Shown here one piece after another: positions 48,861 through 60,092 of a stretch of 64,000 bases of DNA. A program made the position numbers and the translations under genes. A model generated the notes under the pieces. The model made no database searches and had not been told where the DNA came from. It saw nothing but the letters and a program-made list of their open reading frames with translations. The stretch comes from Rhizaria sp. SCN 62-66 (Eukaryota): the NCBI GenBank assembly GCA_001724265.1, contig MEDY01000006.1, forward strand, positions 1 to 64,000, read 5' to 3'. The first letter of the stretch is position 1. Every line of letters begins with the position of its first letter.

Positions 48861-49735
48861 GCAGTGAGACGCTAAAGCACTGATCCGCCGCAGTGATTTG
48901 ATTGACGCTGTCGCTGTGTTAACAACAGTGATATTTTCACTCTGGGTTCGTGTTCATGTTTCTTTCATCTGCTGGTATCTATAGGATGATGTGTGTATAG
49001 TATGTTTTATGGTTCATGTGTCCCGTTGTGGTAATATCAATAATATTGCTTAAACGGGGCCATGTACCCTGAGTATGCTTTAACAATCAACACCATTCAA
49101 CAGTGTGTTGTGATTGTGAAGGTGGCGAAGGGAAACGGCGTTTTGCTATAATTTAATATAACAAATAGTTAATGCGATACAACAGCGATGTTTACTATTG
49201 GATTGTCTTTGCGTTTGTGTTTGAGTGTTTATGGTTTCGTGGTTTATTTTGTGATCAAAGTTGTACTGTTAACGCGCATGAAGAGCACGCAGAAAAAAAT
49301 TTGCATCACGACACTGTGTACACGTACTTTCAATTCGGACACAGAAACAACGACAACAACAGAATAGAAAAGGTCGATTCCAACCGCAGCAACGATACCA
49401 AACAAGAGAGTCACGAAGACATACATCTTGTTTCGCTTCGTTGTGAACTGAAGCTGACGAGAGGAGGGAAGGGAGACATCACATTGGGCTGTACTTTGAA
49501 TAAATGATAAAAGACTAGGTAATAAACAGCGCTGACACAAAATACGCGTTGCAGAGCATCTATAGTGCCACATTCTGCATGTTTTGTCTTCATAGGAAGA
49601 TACAAATGCAGCAACATAACACGATGCAAAACAATAGCACGGATTGCGCAAGGCTTTTAAAGACTCACAAGAGCGCTCTTAAGCGCCCACAGTTTGCACG
49701 CAACACGGCTCATAGTAGAGAAGTAGGCGCGATGC

Positions 49736-50288
49736 TTAGAGAATGATGGCCTTTGCCTCGGGCATGTCGACGAAGCTGGAGCCGGTGTGGTACATGTTGT
49801 TGACTGTGACCTGGCGGTTCACGACGTCGAGCTGCTTGGCGCCGTCGGCGAGCAGCGCAGTCACCTTGGCGGGGTCCGTCACGGAGCTGTTGGCGCGGAA
49901 CTATAGATTCAAGATACAAATACACGGGGTGTGCATCAGTGAGCACGAAAACAAGTTAGATTTGCATGGATCAGCAGTATGAGGGCGCGCTTGGAGTTAA
50001 GTGATGATGGGAGAGACATGTGGACAGAAATGTAAAGCAAAACGTACCTCGTGCTTGATGCGGCGGACAGCGTGGTCGCGAAAGTTGTAGTCCTTAAAGC
50101 TGTAGTGACAAATATACGTGCAATGGGGCGAGGTGCGTGAGTTAAGGCGACGCAGCGTCTGTGACGAGAGAGGATCGAATGTGAGACGAGACTGACGCTA
50201 GCGGATTGGGAGAGTATGATACGTACTTCTTGCCGGCCTTAAGAAGGCTACGGTAAAGCGACAAAACAGGCTTGGTAGTAGAACTCAT
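49736..50288 (-). CDS. LYRM4: LYR-motif protein ISD11/LYRM4 (Fe-S cluster assembly). Exons 50288-50227, 50099-50048, 49900-49736
   Basis: Absent from the ORF track. Manual spliced translation MSSTTKPVLSLYRSLLKAGKNFKDYNFRDHAVRRIKHEFRANSSVTDPAKVTALLADGAKQLDVVNRQVTVNNMY...; LYR, YNFR and RQ..V..MY motifs. Both donors GTACGT. Ends TAA. Confidence 0.93.
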
Positions 50289-50938
50289 GTTTGAACGAGC
50301 GTTGACACTGTTGACGGTCGTTCGATCTCGATATGACTGCTTTTATTTGCCCCCCGGAGTTTGGTCGGACCCTGCCCACAGTCGCCATCGGTCCGCTTGC
50401 CAGCTGCCAGCCACAGCGCTCCCGTCTGATTTGAATTAGCACCTCCAGCTGGACATACCTAAAGCGTCAAAGCGCATGATAACATCTTTATCTGGGCTAC
50501 TATGGGCGCAATACTTTATATCTTTATTTACATTTTCTTCAAGGTGACTGTAATACTCTCCCGAAGCACTGCAATTTTGTCTCACGCCCGTTGCTGCATG
50601 CCTCCAGCTATCCCATCCCGATATCCGTCTTCACCCATCTTTCGCAAGATTTAAGAGCCTGTTCCTACTAGAAGAGGGCGTAATTATTTTGAATGCTGAG
50701 TGGCCTACTAAAAAGCCTTTATTTCCCCGTACAAATCCATCGGTTCCTCCCAACGTTGCAATGGTATCCGCTCTCTCACACATGCTTCATTCTTATGTCT
50801 TCACACCCACCCTTGCTCTCCTGCGTTTTTCTCACGCTTTCCTCGCGCCACATAGCAGCTCTACCCCGTATCTAACATTAACATACACCTACATCACACC
50901 AAGTAACTGCTTCGCTTCGCAGTCTCATCGCAATCATA

Positions 50939-53900
50939 ATGGTCCGTCATCAGTCGTAACTAGCCTCAATTTGACGGCATGGCAATGTTGCATTGTGGGC
51001 CTGAGGCATCATTATCACGCACTATATAATATCTGCTGCCATCTTACCTTAACTTACTCCCTTGCTATGTCTCGCTCACTTTCTCGTTGCCTTTCGCTCC
51101 GTGTGTAGTTTGCGCATCTGACTAAGAAGATCCAGATGACCTCTGGCAAGCGCCTCACGGCCGTGGGGTGGGACCACGCGGAGAACTGGCTGGCGATTGG
51201 CGGCGAGGGCGGGCTGCTCAAGATCTTTGAGCTCGACGCCAATGGGTCCCCTGTGCACATCCAGACGCCTGACGGCCACCAGACGGACGTGGTGCTCATC
51301 GCGTGGAACGGCGCGCAGCAGAAGCTCGCTACGGCCGACGCGTCGGGCATGATCATCCTCTGGGGCTACTACGACGGCGTGTGGACCGAGGACATGGTGA
51401 ACAACCGCAAGAAGTCGTTCGTGTGTGACCTGCGGTGGTCACCCGACGCGCAGCGCATCGCCATCGCCTACGCCGACGGTGCCGTGATCATGGGCACCGC
51501 GACGGGGCAGCGCATCTGGGGCAAGGACCTCAACGTCCAGCTCAAGCACTGCGCCTGGGCGCCCAACTCGCAGTCTGTGTTGTTCGCGACTGATAAGGGC
51601 GAGGTGCAGATGTACGACGCGTCGGGCAACTTCCTGCTCCGCGTGGACAACTACACACTGCCCGGCAAAGGCGCGCAGTCCCCCGGCGTGGCCGGGCTGG
51701 CCTGGTTCACGCCCACGGTCCCCACTGCGCTGTCCCCCGTGTTTGACTCGCCGCTCTCGGCCGCGATCCCGCGCCTGGCCGTCGCCTACGACTCGGGGCG
51801 CGTGCAGCTGCTGCGGACCGAAGTGGACGACAACCCAGCACTGCTGGACACCGGGCTGACCGTGCGCAAGCTCGAGTGGAACCCGGCCGGGTCGGTGCTC
51901 GCGGTCGCGGGCTCCCAGCAGGGCACGGCCGCCGACGGCACGTACCGGGAGACGCACCAGATCCAGTTCTACTCGCCGACGGGCCAGCACCTGCGCACGC
52001 TCAAGATGACCGACGGCGACTCGCTGTCCTCCTTCGCCTGGGAGGCTTCCGGTCTGCGCGTTGCGATCGGCGTCGAGGCACTGCTCTACTTCGCCGCGGT
52101 GCGCCCGCGCTACGACTGGTGCTACCTCACGCCGCCCGTCGCCTTCAACACCGGCGCCGCTGTGGCCGGCGGCGCGGCCGCGGGCTCGGCCACGGCGGCC
52201 GCGGTCCCTACCGACCCTGTGGCCGCGGCGCTCGCCTCGGCGGGCTCCGCGGTCGGCGCGGGCACGCTGGTGTACGCGTTCCATCGCGCGGACCGGCCCG
52301 AGCAGTGCGTGATGTTCTGGGACGTGGTCAAGAACGAGCGCCAGACCAAGTATGTGCGCAATCTCGTCAAGGTCAAGGGCGGCGGCGAGTTCGCGCTCTT
52401 TGCCACGCAGCTCGAGTCGGCGCAAAAGTACGTCATTTGTGAGAGTTGTCCGCTGTTTTTATTGATCGCAACTCGAACCTGTGCATTGCTCGACGAGGTT
52501 TTTTTGCTCATCGAGATTCATTGACGTGTTTTTTTTGTTGTTGTTTTTTGCTTTTGCTTGTGTTTCCCAACAGCCGCTACTGCCTGATCGTGTGCAACGC
52601 GCTGGGTCTGGCCGTTGACAACCGGTTCATTGACCTGGAGCCCAAGCACGTTGCGCTTAACAGTTCGCACGCCATCGCCGCCAGCAATGATATCATCTAC
52701 ATCTGGGAGTACCGGTACGTTCATATCGATGTCTGTTTGCAGTATTTGACTTTCTCCGATTTTTGACGCGCGTTGTTCATCTTGTCACATCCTTACATCT
52801 TTCTTTCCTTTTCTTGTTCTTTGTTGTTGCCCGCTCAGCCCGAGCACTCTGGCAGTCGCCGTCACCGGCTCCCTCGGCGGGTCCACCGCCGCCGCGGGCG
52901 GTGCCAACGCGACCACGGTCAAGGGCGCAGAGAAGCTCTTCCACGTTGACCAGGGCCCCTCGCAGGCCGTCAATGTCGTCGCCGCTATCGCACAGGCGCA
53001 GGCGCAGGTACGTAAAACAATAACTTCGACAACTTGTGTCAAACCCTAGAATCAACACGATTTGTTGTATGAAACAACATCTCTCGACACTATCTCACGA
53101 AAACACCATATATCCTTTTGTCATGTATGTTCCCACGCTTGTGTTGTTCAGGCCCAGGCCCAGGCGCAGGCGCGCGGCATGAATCCCACCGCAGCCGCCG
53201 CCGCCGCTGCCGGCGCCAACGGCCCCATAGTTGCCGCATCGCTGCAAATGCTCGGCAACGTCCCTGCCGTCACGCAGAACCCCGTGGTCGCGGTGGCCGC
53301 CGCGCCCAACTGCTTCGCCGTCGCGCGCGCCTCGGGCTCCATCACCAAGTACAGGTGCGTGTCGCTAAATCATTTAATTAACATATCTATTTCACATTTT
53401 CACCCTCAGAACCAGATTTGTATTTTTGTTTTTTCTATTGTTAACAAAAAGAGCTTCATTCCGTCTTCTAACTTCTGATTTGCCACCACTCTTTTCGTTT
53501 CGTTTCTCCCTTTGTGTCCGCTCTTCGTACCGCGCAGCCTGCCGTCGTGCGTGGAGGAGGGCCGGTACGTCATCCCCGCGCGGCCCGAGTCGATCGCCTT
53601 CAACTGCGACGGCACGCGCCTCTCGGTCACCGACACCAACGGCAACCTCACCCTCGTCGACACGTCTTTGGCGCACAACCAGCACGTCCGCGCCTCGGCC
53701 CTCTCGTCCTCGCTTAGCAACGCCGCTAATAGTAACGCCCCGGGGGGCCCGCCGCCCGTGTTCGAGCGCTCCTCGGTGTGGGACGTCGTCTGGGCGGCCG
53801 ACGACCCGGCCTTGTTTGCCACACTGGAGCGCGGGCGCATGTACGTGTACCGCGGCGCTGGCGTCGGCGGCAACCCCTCACCGTCGACCGCGCTCGCCGC

Positions 53901-56301
53901 CGCGGCGGGGGCCGGGGGCGCCGCGGGGGCCGCCGGTGCCGCCGTCGGCGCCGCCGCGAGCGCGAGCCCGATGCACGCGATTCCGCGCCCCGAAGAACCC
54001 GTGGGGAACCCGGGGTACATCTGCGCCTTCTCAGACCTCACCGTGCGCACGGCGTTCCTGGACCAGGTGTTCCAGTCGCCCGAGAACCCGGCGGACGAGC
54101 TGGTGACCACGTTCGACTCCAAGGCGCTGCGCGACACGGTGCAGCTGCTGTCCTCGGTCCCGCTCTCGGACGTCTGCGCCTTCATCGAGGAGACGCCGCA
54201 CCCGCGGCTGTGGCGCGCGGCCGCCGACGCGGCGCTGCAGGCGCTCGACTTCGTCATTGCCGAGCGCGCCTTCGTGCAGTGCCGCGACTACGTAGGCGTG
54301 CAGTTCGTCAAACGCCTCAAGCTGCTCACCGACGAGAAGCGCCAGAACGCGGAGGTCGCGACTTATTTCGGCCGCTTTGACGCCGCCGAGGAGCTGTATT
54401 TGGCTATTGGCCGCGCTGACCTGGCGCGCGAGTTGCGCGCCAAGCTCGGCGACTGGTTTAAGGTCGTTCAGGTACTGACACACTTTGCTACATATCTCAA
54501 AAATACTGTATATGTTCATGATATAACACGTACGAATTTCTTTAGACGGAGTTGATGTATTTTCATTTGAATGTTAAATGTTTTCCTTGTGCTCACACCT
54601 TGTATCTTTTCATGTTGTTTTTGCTAATTCCATTCAGCTCCTGTCCAAGGCCACGGACGCGACGCCCGCGCAGCACGCCGACGCGTGGGCCCACGTTGGC
54701 GCCCTTTATGCCGCGCGTCACAACTGGTCCAAGGCTGTGGCTGCTTTCGTCCGCGCTGGCAAGCCGCTCGATGCTGCGAACGCCGCGATCGAGCTGGAGG
54801 AGTTCGGCGGGGTGGCTGATCTTGTGGTCAAGGCCATGCCGGAGGGCGTCGCGGGGCTCGAGGAGATCGCGCGCCGGTACGCTACAAACACTTTCGTGAT
54901 ATAATGCAATAATACCCATCATGCTATCTTGATTTTAATACGTTTAGCATTTTTCATAACTCCACTACTTGCATTTATCTCACACACCTGTTTGCCACGT
55001 TTGTTTTCTGACTGCATAGACTCGCGTCCGCCGGTCTTGCAGAGGACGCCGCCAAGGTCTACGTACATGCGTGTCAACCGCAGCAGGCGGTTGACACGTG
55101 CGTGCGCCTCAATCACTGGTCTCTGGCCGTTGCCCTGGCGGAGCGCCACCGCGTGGCCAACATCGCGACCGTGCTCGCACAGTACGCCGGCCACCTGCAG
55201 CGGTCAGGCAAGCGCTACCAGGCCGCGGACCTGTACCGCAAGGCCGGGCGCCACGCCGACGCCGCACGCGTGCTGCTGGCGCTGGCGGCCGAGGCGGCGC
55301 GGAACCCCGCCGCGACGCCCGTGGACGTCAAGAAGCTCTACGTGCTGGCGGGGCTCGAGGGCGAGGCCTGGCGCCGCGCCTCCGTGGCTAACGCGCGCTC
55401 CAAGGCCGCCGGCGGCGCGGGCAACGGCGGCGACCCCGAGTCCGCCGCTGCTGCCGGCGGCGCCACTGCGGCGTCCGCCGTGGCCGCGAGCACCGCGCTG
55501 ACGCTGGAAGGCTTGCTCGCGGCAGACGACGCCGTGGCGACGGCGGCGGGCAGCGGCGGCGGCGGCGGGCTGGACCGGCCCTGGCGCGGCGCCGAGGCCT
55601 TCCACTTCTGGCTGCTCGCGCACCGGCAGCTGTACCGCGGCCAGTACGAGGCCGCCGCGCGCACCGCGACCCGGCTCGGCGAGTACGACGATCTAGTGCC
55701 CGCTCACCGGGCCGAGGCGCTGAGCGCGCTGGCGTCGTACGTCGCGGGGCACTATAACAAGTGCTCGCGCGCGTTCGTCAAGCTCGAGAGCATGGAGTCG
55801 ATCTCGCCCGAGCAGGCTGATGAGTACCGCCGCGTCGCGCTGTCCATCTTCCTGCAGCACCCGCCGCGCGACCCCGTGGAGGCGGCCGGCTCCGAGATGG
55901 CGTGCCCGCGGTGCCGCGCGGCCGTCAAGGACGGCGACGCCGCCTGCGAGGACTGCGGCAAGAGCCTCCCTGTCTGCATCGCCACCGGTGGCAGTCTGGT
56001 ACGTAACAGTAACTTATAACGAAGAGGATGGCCGTAATGTGTTACTTTGATATATTGCATAAGATCTTCATTAACTTGGTACGAATTGTGCTTTTGACGC
56101 TTTATACTATTCAATACCTCATTATTAAGCCTTGTTTTATTGTTTCTGTTTTGTTTTGTTCGTTTTGTTTAGCTCGGCATGTCAGCGCTGACGTGCCCCC
56201 ACTGCTTCCACCAGGGCGCAGAGCACCTCATGAAGAGCTTCCAGAGCTGCCCGCTGTGCCACCAGTCGCTCGAAGGCGGCGTAGTCTCTACTCCCGAGTA
56301 A
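50939..56301 (+). CDS. WDR35: Intraflagellar transport protein WDR35/IFT121. Exons 50939-50941 (ATG only, tentative), 51109-52427, 52574-52714, 52839-53007, 53152-53354, 53538-54471, 54638-54876, 55020-55998, 56173-56301
   Basis: FAHLTKKI...GGEGGLLK, WTEDMVNNRKKSFV, GQRIWGKDL, PHPRLWR, AERAFVQCRDYVGVQFVKRL, KLGDWFKVVQL, WRGAEAFHFWLLAHRQLY, CSRAFVKLE, C-terminal CIATG...CPHC...CPLCH. All junctions GT-AG and frame-consistent. Ends TAA. Confidence 0.95.
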
Positions 56302-57221
56302 GCTTAACTCAGCTGCTGTCAGATTGCCACCGCCACACGTGGTCGCTGCTGTGGAAGTGTGACACAAGTGCTTTTTGTGCGCTGACTTTGCCAGTGGATA
56401 TATACGTGTGTTTATAAGGTATAACTGAAATAGTGTATGAATTATGTAGATTTAGATACATAATTACGAAATTCAAGATATTACATTTAATCAATTCAAT
56501 TCGCATGACGAAATCAAGTTGAATATGGGATTTTGGACCGGGGTTTGACTGGGGCATTCTGTCACTGTAGGCGACGCGGCTACACTTTCTTATTTCCATG
56601 TTTCGACTGGTGACTGTGCCAACGCGACTGGTCAAAACATTCACCCCAAACAAAACGGCCTTGCCGACGTCCAGTGGATACATAGCTGGATATTCAATGT
56701 TTTTTCATTGAGTTCTATGTAAGAAATTGTTTATTGCTCGTCAATCATTTGTCTTGGTATCCTCCGGCAATCCTTCGTTATGGCAAGTGCACTTAAGTTG
56801 TGGAGCTTTAGCTCTTTTGCGTGTACCGCCTATATATTATGCCTGAATGAAATGATTTGTATCTCACGCTATACCCCGTTACGTTTTCCACCGTAGACCT
56901 TTCTTTTTATCCCTCTAAAGGACTACTGTTAGTCTCGAAATTGACTCTTTCGGGTGCAGCCCACAGTCTTCCCACCAACCGCTCACAAGCCCCAGTTTTG
57001 TGTTCGCGCCAGCCTCGCCGCGCTGTTGCCCTTCTGCTGAGACTTACTAAGCCTCTTGCAACTTTACTAAGTCCAGACATACACAGTCGTTACTACTAGT
57101 AACTACCCAACGCCTGTCTAGTTGCGCCCACAAGCCCTTTCCACACTACACTCAACCATCACCACACACACAGTAACAGTACCTTGCTTGACAGCCCTAG
57201 CTCCTCAGCTCACGTCTCACA

Positions 57222-58103
57222 ATGTCTAGCCGCTCCGATTTCCGCAAGCTGACGAAGCTGATTGACGCTCTGACGGCGCTCAAGAACGAGATCCAGCCCG
57301 AGAAGGACTCCAAGGGCGACCCCATGGAGGCGCAGAAGATCAAAATCGGCAACACCATCACCGCGATCAAGAACGACATCGAGCTCGTCAAGACGATGAA
57401 GAACCAGCGCGACATCATTGAGCGCAAGTCGCTCGTGCGTCAGCGCTTTGGCGAGTCGCAGGAGCAGATCAAGATCTTTGCGACGCTGCTCAAGAAGGCC
57501 GCCAAGGACAAGAAGCCCAAGGACCCGAAGAACCACGCGCGCAACGTCAAGCGTAACCACGAGTGGCTGGAGCTGACCCAGCAGGAGATCATGACGCTGG
57601 CGGAGGAGGCGCGCGACATCAAGGTTGACGGCCTGCCCTCCGGCATCGGCGCGACGCCCGGCGAGGACCGCCGTGACAAGCAGAAGAACCGCCGCGACGC
57701 GCGCCGGCAGCGCAACAAGGCGCGCGGCGGCGGCGACGACGACGATGACGACGGCATCTACATGGAGGACATGACCCCTGCGTCGGACAACGAGCGCGCG
57801 TTCCTGGCCAAGGTGGAGCAGGCGCGCCAGGAGGAGGAGGAGCTGCTCGAGATGATCTCCGAGGGCCTGTCTGAGCTGCATGACCTCGCGCTCACGCTCA
57901 ACAAACTGCTCAAGCAGAGCACGCAGCATATCGACGAGCTTGAGACAAAGATGATCAAGGTCCAGGAGCGCTTTGACAACACCAACAAGAAGCTCTCGGA
58001 GCTGCTCGAGGAGTCCGGCGGCTGCTCGCGCTGGTGCCCCATCTGCATCTGCGTCATGCTCATCCTTGGTTGCGCCGGCTTCATCGTCAGCAAGTTCGTC
58101 TAA
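57222..58103 (+). CDS. Qc-SNARE, probably SYP7-like
   Basis: C-terminal SNARE heptads EELLEMISEGLSELHDLALTLNKLLKQSTQHIDELETKM...NTNKKLSELL, then Cys-rich tail anchor WCPICICVMLILGCAGFIVSKFV. Ends TAA. Confidence 0.8.
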   Translation: MSSRSDFRKLTKLIDALTALKNEIQPEKDSKGDPMEAQKIKIGNTITAIKNDIELVKTMKNQRDIIERKSLVRQRFGESQEQIKIFATLLKKAAKDKKPKDPKNHARNVKRNHEWLELTQQEIMTLAEEARDIKVDGLPSGIGATPGEDRRDKQKNRRDARRQRNKARGGGDDDDDDGIYMEDMTPASDNERAFLAKVEQARQEEEELLEMISEGLSELHDLALTLNKLLKQSTQHIDELETKMIKVQERFDNTNKKLSELLEESGGCSRWCPICICVMLILGCAGFIVSKFV

Positions 58104-59471
58104 ACAGCTCGGCCTAGTCAGCGTCTGCCACGCCCGCTTGGTACACATGCACACGACATCAGTGATCTGATGTGTTGTCTCATTCACAACTGTCTCTCTT
58201 TGAACCGCAGCTATGTGTGTCTGACCTGACTCTGCCAATGTGACTGTCTAACTTGCATCGCAAAAGCAAGAGCTCAGCTGGAGTTTTGCACTTGACTTTC
58301 CCAAACTCACCAAACTGATTTCGTTCGCCTCTCACCGCCTTCATTCTGAATCAAACGCGAAACGCACGAACTCATGCCATCTTACTTACGTGTAACGTCT
58401 AAGCTTGGAGCAGTTTTGCTCTATCATTTTCCCTTTATATTTTAGTCTATAGCTCTTATGTTTATGTTAAATACGTAGTTGTCATGGAATGCGTAGACTC
58501 CGGCCTGGTGTTTCTTCCGATCTTACGTATCATTTATTTTATTGTCGGTATTTGTACGTTGCTCTATGTTGTTGTTTTTCTTTTCAATCTGGGTATTCCG
58601 CCTGTTTGTATCTCCTATCACTATACGATTGTGCTTTTGAATACACAATGTAATCATATTCCACTTTGCATCCAATTTGATCTTTTGTGTTCATTTAGGA
58701 ACTTCAAACAAGCTGAAAAAGCAGTTGTATTTGAGACCAGACATTTTACCGCAATTCACGCTGTGCCTATTGAGAGCTAGGACACGCGTACAACAAAACA
58801 CATACAATTCGCATTGTTGATGTTACAGTCCGCATCAACAAAGGAAACACGTGATGTTCGATACTTATTCGAGACGGATTACCAATCACAAGAGAACTGT
58901 AGTGACCAAAATAAGATAGAAATAGACAACACAGAGACATGACAAATCTCAACAAGAGTGAACACATGACATGGTCGTCTAGGCAATGAGTACACGATCT
59001 GTGGCACGCCAACATCTGCGTGATGCTATCGAAAGATCAAACACAGGGTTATGTTAGCGTGTGTAATGACGACGCGCACGGAACGGCTCAGAACGGTGAG
59101 AAGATTAAGGTATTAGGGTGAACACTGGCAGGGAGTTAGCATGCGAAGCAACGGGAGGAAACGGAGAAAATAAGAGGAAATGAAAATCGTAGAACGAAAT
59201 TGTAGTGTTTTTTTGTGGAGTTTTAACGTCGGGTGATGATGAGTTAAGGCTGCGCAAGAGTTCGAGACATTCAAAATTAGTCTACATTTCACGTAGCATC
59301 AATAAGGGGACTAGTAACTCGAGTTTTGTTAATACTAGTTTCTAAAATAATGGGTGTGAGTCAGAAATAAGCTCTCTCCGTCGAGGTTTAGGGTGACAGT
59401 GAGCAGGAACATTGCGATCTCGGTTCAACAAGCATTTTTAGTCAAGACTAAATTAAAATATGTTTCAACCC

Positions 59472-59498
59472 CACCACAAAAAAAAAGGTTTTGTGGTG
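59472..59498. repeat. Perfect 10-bp inverted repeat (hairpin) in the convergent spacer
   Basis: CACCACAAAA-AAAAAGG-TTTTGTGGTG. Confidence 0.6.
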
Positions 59499-60092
59499 TA
59501 GTCATAAAGCTCAAGCGTAGGTTTGCAGGCATGAACAGAAACAAAATCACAATCGGGAGAGAGTGATAACACACAGTAATGACCTAAAACGGGAAGGTCG
59601 TTGTACGACAAAAACGAGACAAATAAATTTCAAGAATCAAATTCAGAAGTATATAAACAGAAGCGACTTGGAGGACATATGTGTACAGGCATAATTGTAC
59701 GGTGTTGCGCTAGTCGAAGCACGTTACGGCAAACAACCACAGTACGCTGTTGAAAAATAATAGTGTTTTCGGCCACAAAACAGTGATCGAGGGCACCAAG
59801 AAAGGGTGAAAACAAAAACAAAGCAGGGATTCAATCACAGAGTACACGCACAGTTAAAAATATCCGTCGAACACGGTTGACCGTATTAAACTAAAACTAA
59901 GCAAGATGCCAAATGGCAAGCAAAGCGAAGGGATTCACTGATCACGTTAGTGATGTAGTCCAGCTTAATTGCAAATATTCAACTTGTACAGCATAGAGAT
60001 TGAAGAAACAAATTTGACGATGTCGCACAGTAAAAACGTGTTTTAAACGAGAGATGACAAAATGAATATTCGAAAAGAAAAACAATTGAAGA

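Noticed and set aside
36392-50288. Fe-S assembly cluster (ferredoxin plus ISD11)
   Set aside because: The genes are ~12.6 kb apart with five unrelated genes between them; no evidence of a functional cluster.
1800-58238. Numerous long antisense and alternate-frame ORFs overlapping real genes (e.g. 9513..11048 +, 23280..24785 +, 57210..58238 -)
   Set aside because: Expected shadow ORFs from very high GC3; they have no recognisable domains and the opposite frame carries the conserved protein.
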